64,000 nucleotides of DNA from Negaprion brevirostris (GCA_030324005.1 JARDVH010000128.1:14261003-14325002), one strand, 5' to 3'. Shown: positions 1 through 12,546, counted from the first letter of the stretch. The notes: generated from the letters alone by a model not told the origin. Numbers and translations: made by a program.

Positions 1-21
1 ATTGATACATATGCATATAAG

Positions 22-41
22 TATATATATATATATATATA
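22..41. repeat. (TA)n microsatellite
   Basis: tatatatatatatatatat run. Confidence 0.9.
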
Positions 42-74
42 GTAATAAGTTGAGGCCCCAACACTGATCAACAA

Positions 75-320
75 CCTGAGTTCAGTAAAACATCCCAAAA
101 TGCTTCATAGGAGCATTAAAAACTAAATTTGACAACAAGTCACATAAAGAGCATTAAGCAGTTGATTAAATAAATGATTGATCAAGATGGTATGTTTTAA
201 AGAGCACCTTAAAGGTGGATAAAGACTCTGGACCACATGCTGGAAAATGGAATTATAATAGGTAGATGTTTGATAGCCGGCACAGACATGATGGGCCAAG
301 TGGACTCTCTCTGTGTTGTA
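75..320 (-). mobile_element. Degenerate L2-type LINE 3' fragment, followed by a short CR1-type tail
   Basis: gtaaaacatcccaaaatgcttcataggagc...cttaaagg resembles the copy at 3365-3560. Confidence 0.5.
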
Positions 321-328
321 AGACTTTA

Positions 329-456
329 TGGCCAAAATTTTACCATCCTGCCTGCCTTGGGAATCAGAGTGGGCGAGGGGTAGACTGTGGAAAGGTCCAA
401 TGACCTCAGATGGGATTTTACGGCTTTAGGATGAGCAAGGCCATAAAATCCCGCCT
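329..456. mobile_element. Short MITE-like element with degenerate terminal inverted repeats
   Basis: Ends ggccaaaattttacc ... cataaaatcccgcc are imperfectly complementary and similar to the termini of 1304-2234. Confidence 0.4.
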
Positions 457-467
457 TACAAGTCTAA

Positions 468-746
468 GCACAGTGGTTAGCACTGTTGCCTCACAGCACC
501 AGGGATCCGGGTTCAATGCCAGGCTTGGCTGACTATGCGGTGTCTGCTTGGGTTTCCGCTAAGTGTTCCGGTTTCCTCCCACAGTCCAAAAGGTGTGCTG
601 GGTAGGTGCATTGGCCATGCTAAATTCTGCCTCAGTGTACCTGAACTGGTGCCAGAGTGTGGCAACTGGGAAGTTTTCACAGTGACTTCATTGCAGTGTG
701 AATGTAAGCCCAACCTAATTGTGACGCAAATAAAAATAACAAGTTT
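468..746 (+). mobile_element. HE1-like V-SINE, internally deleted, tail type B
   Basis: A box cacagtggttagc, B box gggttcaatgcc, V-domain gggtttcc..ccggtttctcccacagtccaaa, tail ttttcacagtgacttcattgcagtg..gtgacgcaaataaa. Confidence 0.9.
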
Positions 747-1303
747 CTTTATGAACATCAGTATATGTTGTAACCTGGGACCATCAGCATGGAGATTATT
801 AGTTTTCTTTTAATGGAAACTGAGAAACAAGGGCTTAATTTTCATAATCTCTTAAATTATTGCCAGTTCTTGAAGGAGCTGAGGAAAGAGAAATGTGGAA
901 ATAGATCAATTGGGGAAGTCTCTTTATTTGTATTTTATTCTGAAAAATGTTTGCTGCATAACAGGCACAATATCTGTAGTTAAGAAAGGCGTAATTCCAC
1001 CCACATTCTGAATGCATCATCATCTCCTTTCACTCCTTCCACCCACCCACACACCCCACTTCTGAAATCCTTTTCACTGATTCTCCATGTATTTCATGAT
1101 GTGTTTGTAAGTTTCTGCTCATAGCTCTCATGAGAGACAGCATTGGAAAGGGGCACAAACGCACAATGGTTGATTAGCTTTGTTACTTGTTCATTTTCTT
1201 CTTTCTTTCACAGCATCTAAAGTAATGTGTTTTCACCATTATGAATATTCATGTTAGTATTTTCTTAAAAGGGAACAACTTAACATTTTGGATTCAAAAT
1301 AAT

Positions 1304-2234
1304 GGTCAGGATTCTACCCAAAAAAATTCTAAGTTCCCAATGTGCAGGAAAATGGGAGTAAATCCCGCTGTTTTACTTTCAGTGTGATTTCCAGAATGAA
1401 TGTCCAACACTCTGTGGATCACAGAGTGCCGGAGTGGGGATTCCCTCTGAAAATCTGTGGGAGGGGCCTATTCCTGCCCAATAGGCTGGCAGCATAGCGC
1501 TGAGTGGGCCACTGCACATGTGCGTTACTGTCAGGACAGAGTGGCCACCCGTCCCCCCCTATTGTCGGTCTGCAGGTCGATGGCCAGCCTTGCAACCTTC
1601 CAACCCCTCCCTCACTTATCCCCCAGGCCCCGGATTGCTAGTCTCTTAGACTTCCCGAGGCAGCCCTTATATATCGTCGTTACCCCGTCTTCCTGGACAG
1701 GACTGACCACTACCCCCAATAACCAGCCGCGATGTTCCCCCCCCATCCACCAGGCCCGCCCCAATCTTCCCCCATCCCCTGACAGTCCAAACCCCGCCAG
1801 CCCCAGTCACACTGATTCCCTCTCCCAGTGATCCCAATGCAGAGTGGTTCCCCTGCCCCCTCAGCACTGCAGTGCCAGTTTGCCTCTTGGGCAGTGCCAG
1901 GGTGCTATGCTGACACTGCCCAAGGGGCACTCTCCTCACCCCTGGCCTCCTGAGTGGGGAGTAGCATCAATGGCTTCACTTTCATCCAGCGGGGTCAGGC
2001 CGCCTGTATCCTGTTAGTGCGGAGTAGTTGTAAATCCTGCTGGAGGAGAGATGCTAGCAGGCCTGGAGAATACTGTCCCAGGCCAGCTAATCATTTGGAA
2101 TGTCAATTATCATCAGAAACCTTTATTGGGGAAAGGCACAGAGGGCGTGACGCCCGTGGGAATCTCACGAAACGGCTGCCACTATGCCCATTGCGCTAGT
2201 TGAGCAGCGCAGTGGGCTGAGGTAATCGCCCCCA
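1304..2234. mobile_element. GC-rich interspersed repeat, putative non-autonomous DNA transposon (possibly PIF/Harbinger-like)
   Basis: Abrupt GC/CpG-rich block with C-rich core; degenerate inverted ends ggtcaggattctaccc / gaggtaatcgcccc. Confidence 0.45.
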
Positions 2235-2402
2235 ATATACAGGTTCATGTTTCAGAGTCTGTTAAAATTTCCTGTACCACCATAGAGAAGTGCTACCTGG
2301 GGGGTTGGTGTACTGATAATGATGGAGTGAAAACTGGATAGTCAGTAGTTTCAGGTGTGTTTTTGCACTCCTTGCTAGCCAACAATAGAGTACCATGAGT
2401 GC

Positions 2403-2590
2403 TGGAAATAAGGAAATATATTGCTGTCCCTTCACTGTGGCTGGGTCAAAATCCTGGAAGTCTCTCCCTAACAGCGTATGGACTGCAGTGGTTCAAAAAG
2501 GCAGTTCATTGCCACCTTCTCGAGGGCAATTAGGGATGAATAATGAATGCTGACATAGCCAGAAATGTCCACATCCTGTAAATGAATAAT
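2403..2590 (+). mobile_element. CR1-group LINE 3' end (same family as 17490-18305)
   Basis: cttcactgtggctgggtcaaaatcctggaagtctctccctaacagc...gggcaattagggatgaataatgaatgctg...cacatcctgtaaatgaat. Confidence 0.8.
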
Positions 2591-3364
2591 ACAAAGGAGA
2601 AAGAAAATTTCAATAGTATTAATACACTTATTTTCAGATGTTTTATAGCCTGCAGGAATTCATTATAAATAAATAATTAAATCAGCCAATGGTAACGGTG
2701 TGTTATTCATTGTTTAATTCACGGTAGTTTCCAATAATACTGCTTTCTGTTATTTCAGCACTCACCAAAGCATTTTCATCACTGTACAAACAGCCAAGAT
2801 ATTTGAATAATAGTTACGCCATGTGTTCCAGATCAAATTCCTTTTTGTACAAGGATGACTGCACTAAGGTTAGACAAATGCCATTCCTTTTCCCCAGAAA
2901 AATGTGTGTGTATATTGTTCAAGAAATTTGAATAAACAGCAGTAACTGCAGGAACAAAATAAGAACAGAGATGAGACAATGCTCAAGATTAATTAACCCT
3001 AGGTTTTGTCACCCCAAAGTATTTAAATATTTTTCGTACCTTCCTTTGCCTTAGTCTCTTTGTTGTATTTCTCCCAATTATTCCAGTAATGAAGCATTTA
3101 ATATATGCTCATGGTGGCATAACAGAAATTGGGATATCCTTGTATGTAGATATAGATGCAAACCCACATTTTACTGCTTCTTGAAATACCCATTAAGGAG
3201 ATGGCACTATACTGCAGCTATGTTTTACATGCTCCTTTCATCATAAGTTAAATGTGCTGCCTGTTTTGAAACACTTTCCATCTTAAGGTACACATGTTTC
3301 TTATAAAAACCAACAAAGTTTTTTTTGTTGTCGAATCTAAAAATAATTTTAACAGCTGAACTTA

Positions 3365-3925
3365 TGTTGATATTGTGCCTTTAATGTAATAAAACATCCT
3401 ACGGCACTTCATAGGTATATCGTAAAACAAAATGTGACACCAAGTCGTGTAAGGAACTTGGTCAGAGAGGTAGGCTTTAAGAAGTGTCTTAAAGGATGGA
3501 CGTGAGGCGGAGGGAGGATATCCCAGAGCTTGTGGTCTAAGCAACTAAAAGTGTGGCCACCAATGAGGTGGCATGGTGGCACAGTGGTGAGCACTGCTGA
3601 CTCACAGCGCCAAAGACCTGGGTTCAATTCCAGCTCTGGTAATTGTCCGAGAAGTTTTCACATTCTCCCCTGTCTGCATGGGTTTCCTCTGAGTTCTCTG
3701 GTTTCCTCCCTCACTCGTGAGATGTACAATTTTGATGGATTGGCTGTGCAAAATTGCCTCGTCGGGGGAATTAGCATGGTAAATACGTAGGGTGACAGGG
3801 AGAGGCCTGGATGGGATTGTTGTCAGTGCAGGCACATTGGGTCAAATGGCCACCTTCTGCACTGTAGGGATTCTATGATTCAATGATGGAGCATTTAAAA
3901 TCAGGGATGCACAAGGTGCCAGATC
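3365..3925 (-). mobile_element. L2-type LINE 3' fragment interrupted by an HE1 SINE
   Basis: Host reads continuously gtggccac-caatga-tggagcatttaaaatcagggatgcacaag once the SINE is removed. Confidence 0.7.
3567..3880 (+). mobile_element. HE1-like V-SINE, full length, tail type A, with 6-bp TSD caatga
   Basis: tRNA head, V-domain and tail aaatggccaccttctgcactgtagggattctatgatt; caatga at 3561-3566 and 3881-3886. Confidence 0.93.
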
Positions 3926-6544
3926 ATTGCTTTGTTCAGAACTGGATACATTTCTGATCTTCCACTCTCCTGTAAACACTTAAAGCATTTCTGGAGTAGT
4001 AGCAGAAATGGTTTTTGGACTTTGACCAAACTTGTGCACCACTTGGCCTTAATTTGCCATGTGAGTTTGCAGAGGTCGTGCAGAATTTGACCTGGGAGTG
4101 TATGATGCTGCATCAGAGTTTGTGTGCCTTTGCATGCATTAGTCTAACAAAGCCTGTTGTCGTGTTGGCTATTACACAACATGAAAATGTAAAAAACAAT
4201 GGCGTGATGTTGAGTCCATTGTTCCTGGTCAGAGTGCTTTGCAGGAGATGACTGCATTTCTTGTGTTTGTTACTTTTTGGTATTTGCAATATAACTGCCT
4301 TCAGAGCCAAATAAATTCCCATTAAAACTTTTTTCTTTCAAAATGAATTGTGATGTTTTTAATGATGCTACTTTCTGTTTGCTACTTTTTAAATACTGCA
4401 TAATATTTTAAACAGTGTCAGTTACATGACTTAGCAGTGTAATTTTTTTTCAGTCTACCTGTTTGCATTTGATAGTTTATACAATTTCATAACTGAGCAA
4501 GCACACACTATGTTGAGAATGTGCGCACCATCATATTCTTCATTGACTCTTCCACTGTTGCAAATAGAGGTGGGGCACAACATTTCAGTGGTGTGAGGAA
4601 AAAAATAAGGAGAAATTTCTTCGTATTAAAAATTGACTGGATCACCTTGCTTCAGACAGCCAGGAAAATTCACATGGAAGAAGTTCCTTGGAACTCAAGA
4701 AAAACGTGTTTTACAATTGCCTCTAATAGTGTTGTGTTAATGGTAACCACTAATTAGACAGTAACAGTCAATTGTCAAGTGTATATAGTCTGCAGAGAAT
4801 CTGTAATTTTAAAAGATATTTATCCCAGCACTCTTGTGATTCATAAGTATGCTTTGATATGGTGTTGCAGTGTGTTTTGTTAGGTTGGGAAACTGTACCA
4901 AGGTAGATTTTATACTTAGTTACTTTTCACTTTTGGCACTGTGGGGGGGGGAAAGAGAGGTAGTGGATCAATTTGTACACTCATCCAGTTTTCCCTTCCA
5001 TGGTTTTACCCCTCCACCTTGGCCAATAGTGAAAATAACCCGCTAGTATGGTCTGGGGCATATTGTTTATTTGTGGGAAATATTGCCAGATTCTGTTTGT
5101 TTGTACATACTTGTTGCTTCCTTATGTTTGTGTCATGTTTTCTTTTGTTTGTAGTTCTTGAATGTGAGTTTGCATTTTTAATTGCTTTTCTTGATAACTT
5201 CTTAATTCCCACTTTTTGCATGGAGATGTTGACTCCTTGCTGGAGTATGGCATCAAAGAATCTGATTGCCCTCTTGATGCCTTGATGTTGAGTATTAATA
5301 TGCCATAGGAACATGAGAAGACATGAAAAACTGAGCCTGATTTTGTCCAATTCCATAATCTGTACTTGCCTATTTCCAGCAGAGAACATTGGTTAGAAAG
5401 CAGGAGTTGGAACCCATGCTGATTTTCTTCTTGTATCTTAATGCACTGAGGTCAATTGCAGACTCATACTGCCAGTACACAATGGGGATTGAACCTGGCG
5501 GTTTCCTGGCTTAGCTCCTCTCTGAGGCATTTGGAAGTCTGATCCAGACATACTGAGATCAGTTGCACTTCATGAACTTAAATTGGTTAATTTATGGGTA
5601 ACGTGTGATGTTTGTTTTGGCATATATTCTCAGTACATTGACCATGGCATGTCAGAACATACCTCATTTTAAAATAAAGTTTTAAGTGTTTGTATTCCCA
5701 CATAGTACATTAGCAGCTATGTTGCAAGGAACATTAGGCTTTCTTTACACCAAAGTTTTAACAGGTAGATATCTTTAATAATTGGTGATAAAGAGGTGTT
5801 ACAGATTATTGTTGCCTCACATCTCTCTTTTTTCATTTGTCGGGCTATTGGTGATAGGAGCTAATGGTTGGCAGAATCACAAAACTGTGTTTTGTCAACC
5901 TTTATATAGTATGATATGTCAGAGAAAAATGGAAAACTTGGGTTGATCTAAGGATGCTTTCATCAAACGATTTTTTTTAAATGTGAGGCTTTTACTATAG
6001 TTTTTAAATCAAAGTCTGATCAGTTGCATCTAAACTTTATGATAGGCTAACTGTGTGAGCAATTTTTCTTTCCGAAGTGGCATGTTATGGTTTAAGCAGA
6101 AATTGACAAATTTTTTAAAAATGAGAGCAGTAGTTCTTAAAGATGATAAATAGGAATTTTTGATGCAGGAAGTGGATAGGAAGTATGGGAAGATATAAAC
6201 ATTTTTAATATCTTTTCGATGTAGCATTGCATATAAATAGAACATCAGTTGCACATTAACAGAATTAATTGATTTTGGCCAAATATCTGGAGGACGCTGG
6301 ATTTTGAAGTTAATAATTGAGCCAAAAGTTTGTAATAATCTGCTTGGAAAAGTTGTAGAAATGCAGTTATGTTCTGATAGAATAGTTAGGGACATTGGAG
6401 GGGCAAATGGCCTTTTCCCATATATTTTAATGCGGAGGTTGGGGAGCATTAGGCGCACATTCACTTGGCATATTAATTTAACTGTGCTAATGTAATGGAA
6501 AACTACAAAAGAACCGCTGATGAGGATAAAAGAATACTCATACT

Positions 6545-7065
6545 AAATGAGTGGTTAGCATTTGTGACACACAGACTGATAGGTTGATGAATAGTAACCT
6601 TCAAAAGGGAATTGGATAAATTCTTGAAGGAGAAAAAATTGCAAGAATGGGTGGCACGGTGTACAGTGGTTAGCACTGCTGCCTCACAGCACCAGGGACC
6701 TGGGTTTAATTCTGACCGTCTGCATGGAGTTTGCACGTTCTCCCTCTGTCTGCGTGGGTTTCCTCCAGGTGCTCCAGTTTCCTCCCACTGTTCAAAGATG
6801 TGCTGGTTAGGTTGATTGGCCATACTAATTTACCCCTTAGTGTCAGGGGGACTAGTAGAGTAAATAAGTGGGGTTACGAGAATAGGACCTGGAGACATTG
6901 TTGTCAGTGCAGGCTTGATGGGCCAAATGGCCTCCTCCTGCACTGTAGGGATTCTATGATGTGCAGAAAGAGCAGGCCAGACTCACTGGATTGTTCTTCG
7001 AAAGAACTGTTGCAGCTTCATGTGATGAATGACCTGCTGTGCTGTACAATTTTAAAATTCTACAA
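6545..7065 (+). mobile_element. Old CR1 3' fragment hosting the HE1 SINE at 6649-6960
   Basis: aaccttcaaaagggaattggataaattcttgaaggagaaaaaattgc before the SINE; ggattgttcttcgaaagaactg...gaatgacctgctgtgctgta after it. Confidence 0.65.
6649..6960 (+). mobile_element. HE1-like V-SINE, full length, tail type A
   Basis: ggtggcacggtgtacagtggttagcactgctgcctcacagc ... gggccaaatggcctcctcctgcactgtagggattctatgat. Confidence 0.93.
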
Positions 7066-7939
7066 TACAGCACAACAAACTTAAAACACAAAGGCCCTGG
7101 TGCTAATGGAGCACAGAATGTGGGTGAAATTTCCATCTGAAAAGCTCAGTAACAGTAGTGTATTTGTGTACTTCAAGCTATTTACAATTTAAGCTTATGA
7201 TATGCATAACCACCTTGCTGACATTTCACCAGTTCACTTAACCCCTGAAGTACTGTTTCAGAGTAGGCAGCAAAGATACAGAATAGATTGAAGAATAGAT
7301 TGACCAGACTGTTACTTTTGAAATTTCTCCATCAATTAATTTTAGCATTTGAAATAAATAACAAAATGGAGGCATGATGGTGCTGATTTGGTGAATTCTG
7401 TTACGGTGTCAACCTCCATTGAAACTTGAGCTCTGGTCTTTGAATCTAACTTGTCCACTGGGCAAATTTCACTAATACACGAGTACAAAGTGTAGGATTG
7501 GAACAGCTCATAACGAAACCGACTCTTTGAGTGTACCACAAAATTAAAATGTGCCGTATTTTTTTTAGAACAGTTGACACTAGGGAAATGTGTGATTACA
7601 AATTCTAAACCGGCAGTTTCAGTTGCAAGTATGGCTGTAGAAATTTTTGATGCAAAAACTGGGTAGGAAGTATGAGCAGACATAAACAGCATTGCATATA
7701 AATAGAATATCAGTTGCAAATTTACAGAATACGATTGATTTTGGCCAAATATCTGGAGGACACTGGATTTTGAATCTAATAATTGAGCCAAAAATGAAAG
7801 ATACTGAAATCAGTGTTTTAGCAGCAGAAAAAGAGGCCCTTCAGCCCATTGCATCTCTGCTGGCCATCAAACAACTATCTAGTCTAATCCCATTTTTCAA
7901 CACTTGATCCACAATTTATTTGATTGCACCAACATTAGC

Positions 7940-8680
7940 AAACATTGAAATAATGCTTTCAGCATAGTAAACATTCCATTGTGCTCCATACGAATGTTAC
8001 CAAGCCCGAAATGACCAGAAAATTACCAGAATTTTTGAGGAGCCTAAGGGAGTAAGAGAAGAGAGGCAGAGAGGTTTAGGGTCTAAGTTGCAGAAGACAC
8101 AGTGGCAAAGCCTTGGTGGAATTTGATGTAAGGAAGTGAATTTTAAAATTAAGATCTTACTTAATCAGGAGCACAGAGTTATAAAATGCATGGACTTGGT
8201 GAAAGTTAGTCCTATGGCTAAGAGTTTTGGAGTACCTCAAGTTGATGGAACATGACATTGTTTTTTCTGGTGGTGTCACCTGGGGGCAGCATGCTTATGA
8301 GAAGGAGGCAGGAGCCAAAGATAGATGCTTGGTGATACCAGGGAGTGGAAGAGCAGCCATTCTAAGTCTATGGCTGCATCTTGATAGTTGAGAATGGAAC
8401 CAGGTGAGTGCAGTCCTACCAAGCTGGGTGACAATGGAGCACCTTTGAGAGGAAGAAGGTGTGGTTAACTATGCCAAAGACTAAAGATAAGTAAAGATGG
8501 ATGAGGATAGATGGTTTACAATTGCCAGTCATTGTAACTTTGTACTTCTTTAGGACTGTGGCAAAGACAGAAACTCAATTGGAGGGTTCAATCATAAAGT
8601 TTGGGGGAAATGTGTAGGGATTTGGGAGGCTGCTGCATATTTGAGGGCTTCAGAGAGGAAGAGGGTGCATGGAGAAGATT
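7940..8680 (-). mobile_element. Degenerate L2-type LINE fragment
   Basis: Purine-rich + strand with motifs shared with 31010-31410 and 47700-47925 (ggaatttgat..gaattttaaaatt; gagttttgga..acctcaagtt). Confidence 0.55.
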
Positions 8681-8869
8681 GGTAGCTCCCAAAGGCCAAT
8701 GCCTGCTAGAATACAGGCCTTACCCGATCCGTGGTACTTGAGAATAATTTGACCTAAAAGCTTTCCCCCCACCAAAATTAAACTACTGGCCCGTAGTTGA
8801 TGGGTTTATCCTTACACTCTGTGTTAAACAAGTGTTTAGAGTGTTTCAAGCTCACTACACAACTTTCGT

Positions 8870-9650
8870 ATCTAAGGAGAATTGGAAGATTATGGCCAGT
8901 ACTTCTGCAACTTCCTACCTTACTTCCTTATTGCTCGTAGTTTCATCCCATTCAATCTAGTGTTTTACCAACTTTGAATACAGCCTCTTCATTGGTTTTT
9001 AGCTCATTCAGTATCGCAAATGTGTTCTCTTTCACTGTGACTTTGACAGCATATTCTTGCATGCTAAAAACAGATGCAAAGTACTCTTTTATTACCTCAG
9101 CCACGCCTTCAATCTGACGTGTAGATCCCCTTTTTGCTCCCTAACTGGCTTCGCCTCTACACTTAATGCACTTACAATTTTATAAGCCGATAGAAGACTT
9201 CAGCATTCCCTTTAATGTTCGCTGCCAGCTTCTTTTCATACTCTGTTTGGCCCTCTTTTTCCTTTTTCACTTTTCCTCTGAACTTTCTATAATCTCGCTT
9301 GTATTACCAGTCTGACATCTGTACTATGCACCCTTTATCCATTTATCTTTCTTGCACTCTCTTTTGTCATCCAGAAAGCTCTGCATTTGGTTGCCCCTTT
9401 CGAACATACTCAACCGCACTGAAGAACTATTTTCTCTTTCAAGGTAAATCTATGTTCTATTGCAGTTTTGCCTGTCAATCTTTAATTCCAATTTACCTGC
9501 AACAAATCTATTCTCACTCACTGAAATTGGCCTTCTCTATTAAGTGTTGCTACTCCTACTTTCTCATGGCTAACTTAAATCTTATTATCCCTACTCTCTA
9601 ATGTTCCCCTTCTGTCACTTGATCCATTTGATGCACCTCATTCATATGCC
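8870..9650 (-). mobile_element. Degenerate CR1 ORF2 fragment
   Basis: Pyrimidine-rich + strand; aaaaacagatgcaaagtactc is the reverse complement of the CR1 'EYFASVF' motif. Confidence 0.6.
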
Positions 9651-9719
9651 CATAAAACTTATTCGGAAGACTTCATTTTTTAAAGGCAGCCCAAAATATG
9701 GGCAGTTACCTTAACAAAA

Positions 9720-9828
9720 GGGAGTTGGCGTAGTGATATTGTCACTGGGCTAGTAACTCAGAGACTCAGGGTAATTTTCTGGGGATGAATCCCACAGCAG
9801 TAGAAGTAGAAATTTGAAGTCAATAAAA
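9720..9828 (+). mobile_element. 5' (tRNA head) fragment of the second SINE family
   Basis: ggagttggcgtagtgatattgtcactgggctagtaactcagagactcagggtaat..gaatcccac matches the head of 39751-40104. Confidence 0.65.
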
Positions 9829-10239
9829 TATATACAACAAATATATGAAAAGATGATTTCTACAGATGTGACATGTACTTAGATTAATGCCCTGAAAGTC
9901 AATATTACTCTGTTTCTCTCAAATGGTCATCAAAAATATTGCAGGCCTGAAAATTCTCTTTCAGTTCATTATAGAATAAAAAAATGGAGGCCAAACATTT
10001 CTAATAATTAACTCACAATAATAGTCCAAACAATATCAGGTTCCTGGTTTTTCAGTTGAGGTTGTGGTATAGCCCCTGTCCTGAAGAAATGTAATCCTGC
10101 AAATAAAACAAATTAGCTCCACTTCTCTGCCTATGGTGGATTTCAGGCAAAGTCCAATCTTGTGCTGGACGAGAGGTGGCTTCTCTCTAGTCTTCATATT
10201 CTAGACTAACATCCTCTGGGTTGTCTTTGTAGCTCAATG

Positions 10240-10870
10240 ATGTACTTCCAGGCAGTTCCTATCATATACTAGCTTCTATCATGTGACAACAATTTCAATA
10301 TTTTTCATTGTCCTGAATTCATTGTTCAGGAATACTTAGTACCCAATATTTAGTAAACCACCTTTTTTGAACCAGATTTTTGTTATTGCCATAGCAACAT
10401 ATTTGTGCCTGCTTATTTACCATGCTTTGTGCATTTACAAACATGACCTACGTTGGACCTTACTGCATTCCATCTTATTCAGACCCCACTGAATATCTTT
10501 TCTATTTCTTACTCTAGTGCTATCTGTCTCTTTCTTTATTTACCTTGTTTCTTCTTTCCACTGCTACATCCTGGTTCTCACCCCCTACCAAGTTATTTGA
10601 AAATTCCCCCAACAGTATGAGCAAATCTTCCCGTAATGGTAATTAATTCCAGTTCTGTTGAAATACAACTCATCTGGTCTGGACAGATCCCATCCCTCCA
10701 CTTTGGTCCTAATATCCAGGTAATTTAAATTCCTCCCTCCTGCACCATCTCTCCTGCGCCAGTTTCACCTGCTCTTTTTTTTTGTGTTTTTTTATACTCA
10801 CTAGTTTGTGGCACCAAGAGTAATCTGTTGCTTACTATCTTTGAGGTCTGGCTTGCTTGTCTCCTTCACA
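10240..10870 (-). mobile_element. Degenerate CR1 fragment spanning the ORF1 esterase end and ORF2 start
   Basis: Minus strand near 10600-10700 translates roughly as DLSRPDELYFNRTGIN..GRFAHTVGG, resembling CR1 ORF1 'DLYKxDGLHLNxxGTNILAGRFAxAVG'. Confidence 0.6.
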
Positions 10871-11254
10871 GCTTTGCTTAACTAAACTTTCACTTTGATT
10901 ATTCACCAGTACTGCTACTTAAACTTTCAGATACAACTTTAAAGTGGTTTGGATTACTTCATCTCAGGTTTTTTTTGACTTGTGTTTAAGTGTACTGCCT
11001 ATCCTCTGTGTATTTACTTTGATATGATTGGTTCTTGCTAAGCTTATGCCTTGCAGCAACCAGCAGATTGTACCCATTCCTAATGGTGGGAAGATTTTAC
11101 CATGCATGTGATCTTCTCAGATCAAGCACCTTACTACAATTAACTCAGTCTTACATTGATGGATGATGCATGGAGGAGTTGGATAATATGGTTGAAGTTG
11201 GACATTCTGTGGTTACCTTTTTAAAGCATTATTGAGTTATTTTGGGCAGCAAGT

Positions 11255-11765
11255 TACAGACAGAAATAAAAATGCTAGTCTGGTAGCGTGTGTGGAGAGA
11301 GAATCACAGTTTAGTGTTTTGAGTCCATAGAGTCCCCTCAGTGCAGATGGGGCCGTTTGGCCCATCAAATCTGACAGAGTATCAGATCCAGGCTCTCTCC
11401 CCACCCTATTTCTTTGATCTCACTCATGTCTCATGGCTAATTCATCTAACCTACATATCTTGGGACACTAAGGGGCAATTTAGCATGGCCAATCCACCTA
11501 TCTTTGGAGGGTGGGAGGAAATGGACGCAGATGTGGGGAGAATGTGCAAACTCCACACGGTCATCCAAGGCTGGAATTGATCATAGTTCCAGGGACCCAT
11601 GAGGCAGCAATGCTAACCACTGTGCCATCGTGCGGCCTCATAGTTCGTGATTTGAAATGTTAACTCTGTTTCTCTCTCCAAAGATGCTGACAGACTTGCT
11701 GAGTCTTTCCAGCATTTTCTGTTTTTATTTCAGATGTCCAGCATTCGCAGTATTGCTTTTAAATT
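11255..11765. mobile_element. Inverted pair of Penelope-type terminal repeats, interrupted by an HE1 SINE
   Basis: Left arm aatgctagtctggtagcgtgtgtggagagagaatcacagttt; right arm gaaatgttaactctgtttctctctccaaagatgctgacagacttgctgagtctttccagcattttctg. Confidence 0.7.
11326..11638 (-). mobile_element. HE1-like V-SINE, tail type A
   Basis: Reverse complement of head (gaggcagcaatgctaaccactgtgccatcgtgc) and V-domain (gagaatgtgcaaactccacac); catag on both flanks. Confidence 0.88.
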
Positions 11766-12264
11766 ACAGACGGCCTTGCTTTCCACTGTTTTTTTGCTTA
11801 AGAAATCAAGGTCTCCTCTGGTACAAAATGACCTCTGTTAAGTTCAGCAACCTGATCACGACAAAATATGTTAATTTTGCATTAGCAGCCAATATGTTTA
11901 TATGGGAAAGCTGAGATCAGATAAAAATGTGAATATTTTGCAAGTTAGATATGATTACTACACTAATATTTACATACATCAAGGCTAGCTGGTCTTTTAA
12001 AAAAATAGTATGCAAAGCAATATTTGCATTCTGTTTCCTGCTTCTGTTGATATTAGCACGTGAGAAAGTGTCATGTTCCTCTTTTTCCAAAAACATTCTC
12101 TTACTTTATTTAGTTTTTGACCAAGAAGGTTTAAATGATGAATAGAGAAATATACTGAAAGGTTCATTGCTTTAGTCCATGTGTCCTCAGGACCTAGAAG
12201 GAGCCAGAGGCAGAAAAGAATAGTGAAACTTCAACCACAATTGAAACAAATCCAATTATTAGTT

Positions 12265-12546
12265 TTAACTTTATTTATTAGTGTCACAAGTAGGCTTACA
12301 TTAACATTACACTGAAGGTACTCCCCGAGTTACGACACTCCAGTGCCTGTTGGACTACACTAAGGGAGGATTTGTGATGGGCAATGCACCTAATCAGCAC
12401 GTCTTTCAGACTGTGGGAGGCAGCTGGAGGAAACCCACGCAGACGTGGGAGAATGTTCAGACTCCGCACAGACAGTGACCCAAGCTGGGAATTGAACCCG
12501 GCCCCCTGGCGCTATGAGGCAGTGGTGCTTATCACTGTGCCTCCGT
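12265..12546 (-). mobile_element. HE1-like V-SINE, tail type B
   Basis: tttatttattagtgtcacaagtaggcttacattaac ... ggaaacccacgcagac ... gggaattgaacccgg ... cactgtgcc. Confidence 0.9.

Noticed and set aside
1457-2199. GC-rich region as a CpG-island promoter or Pro-rich coding exon
   Set aside because: Low-complexity C-rich core with TIR-like ends, similar to 62250-63328; better explained as a repeat.
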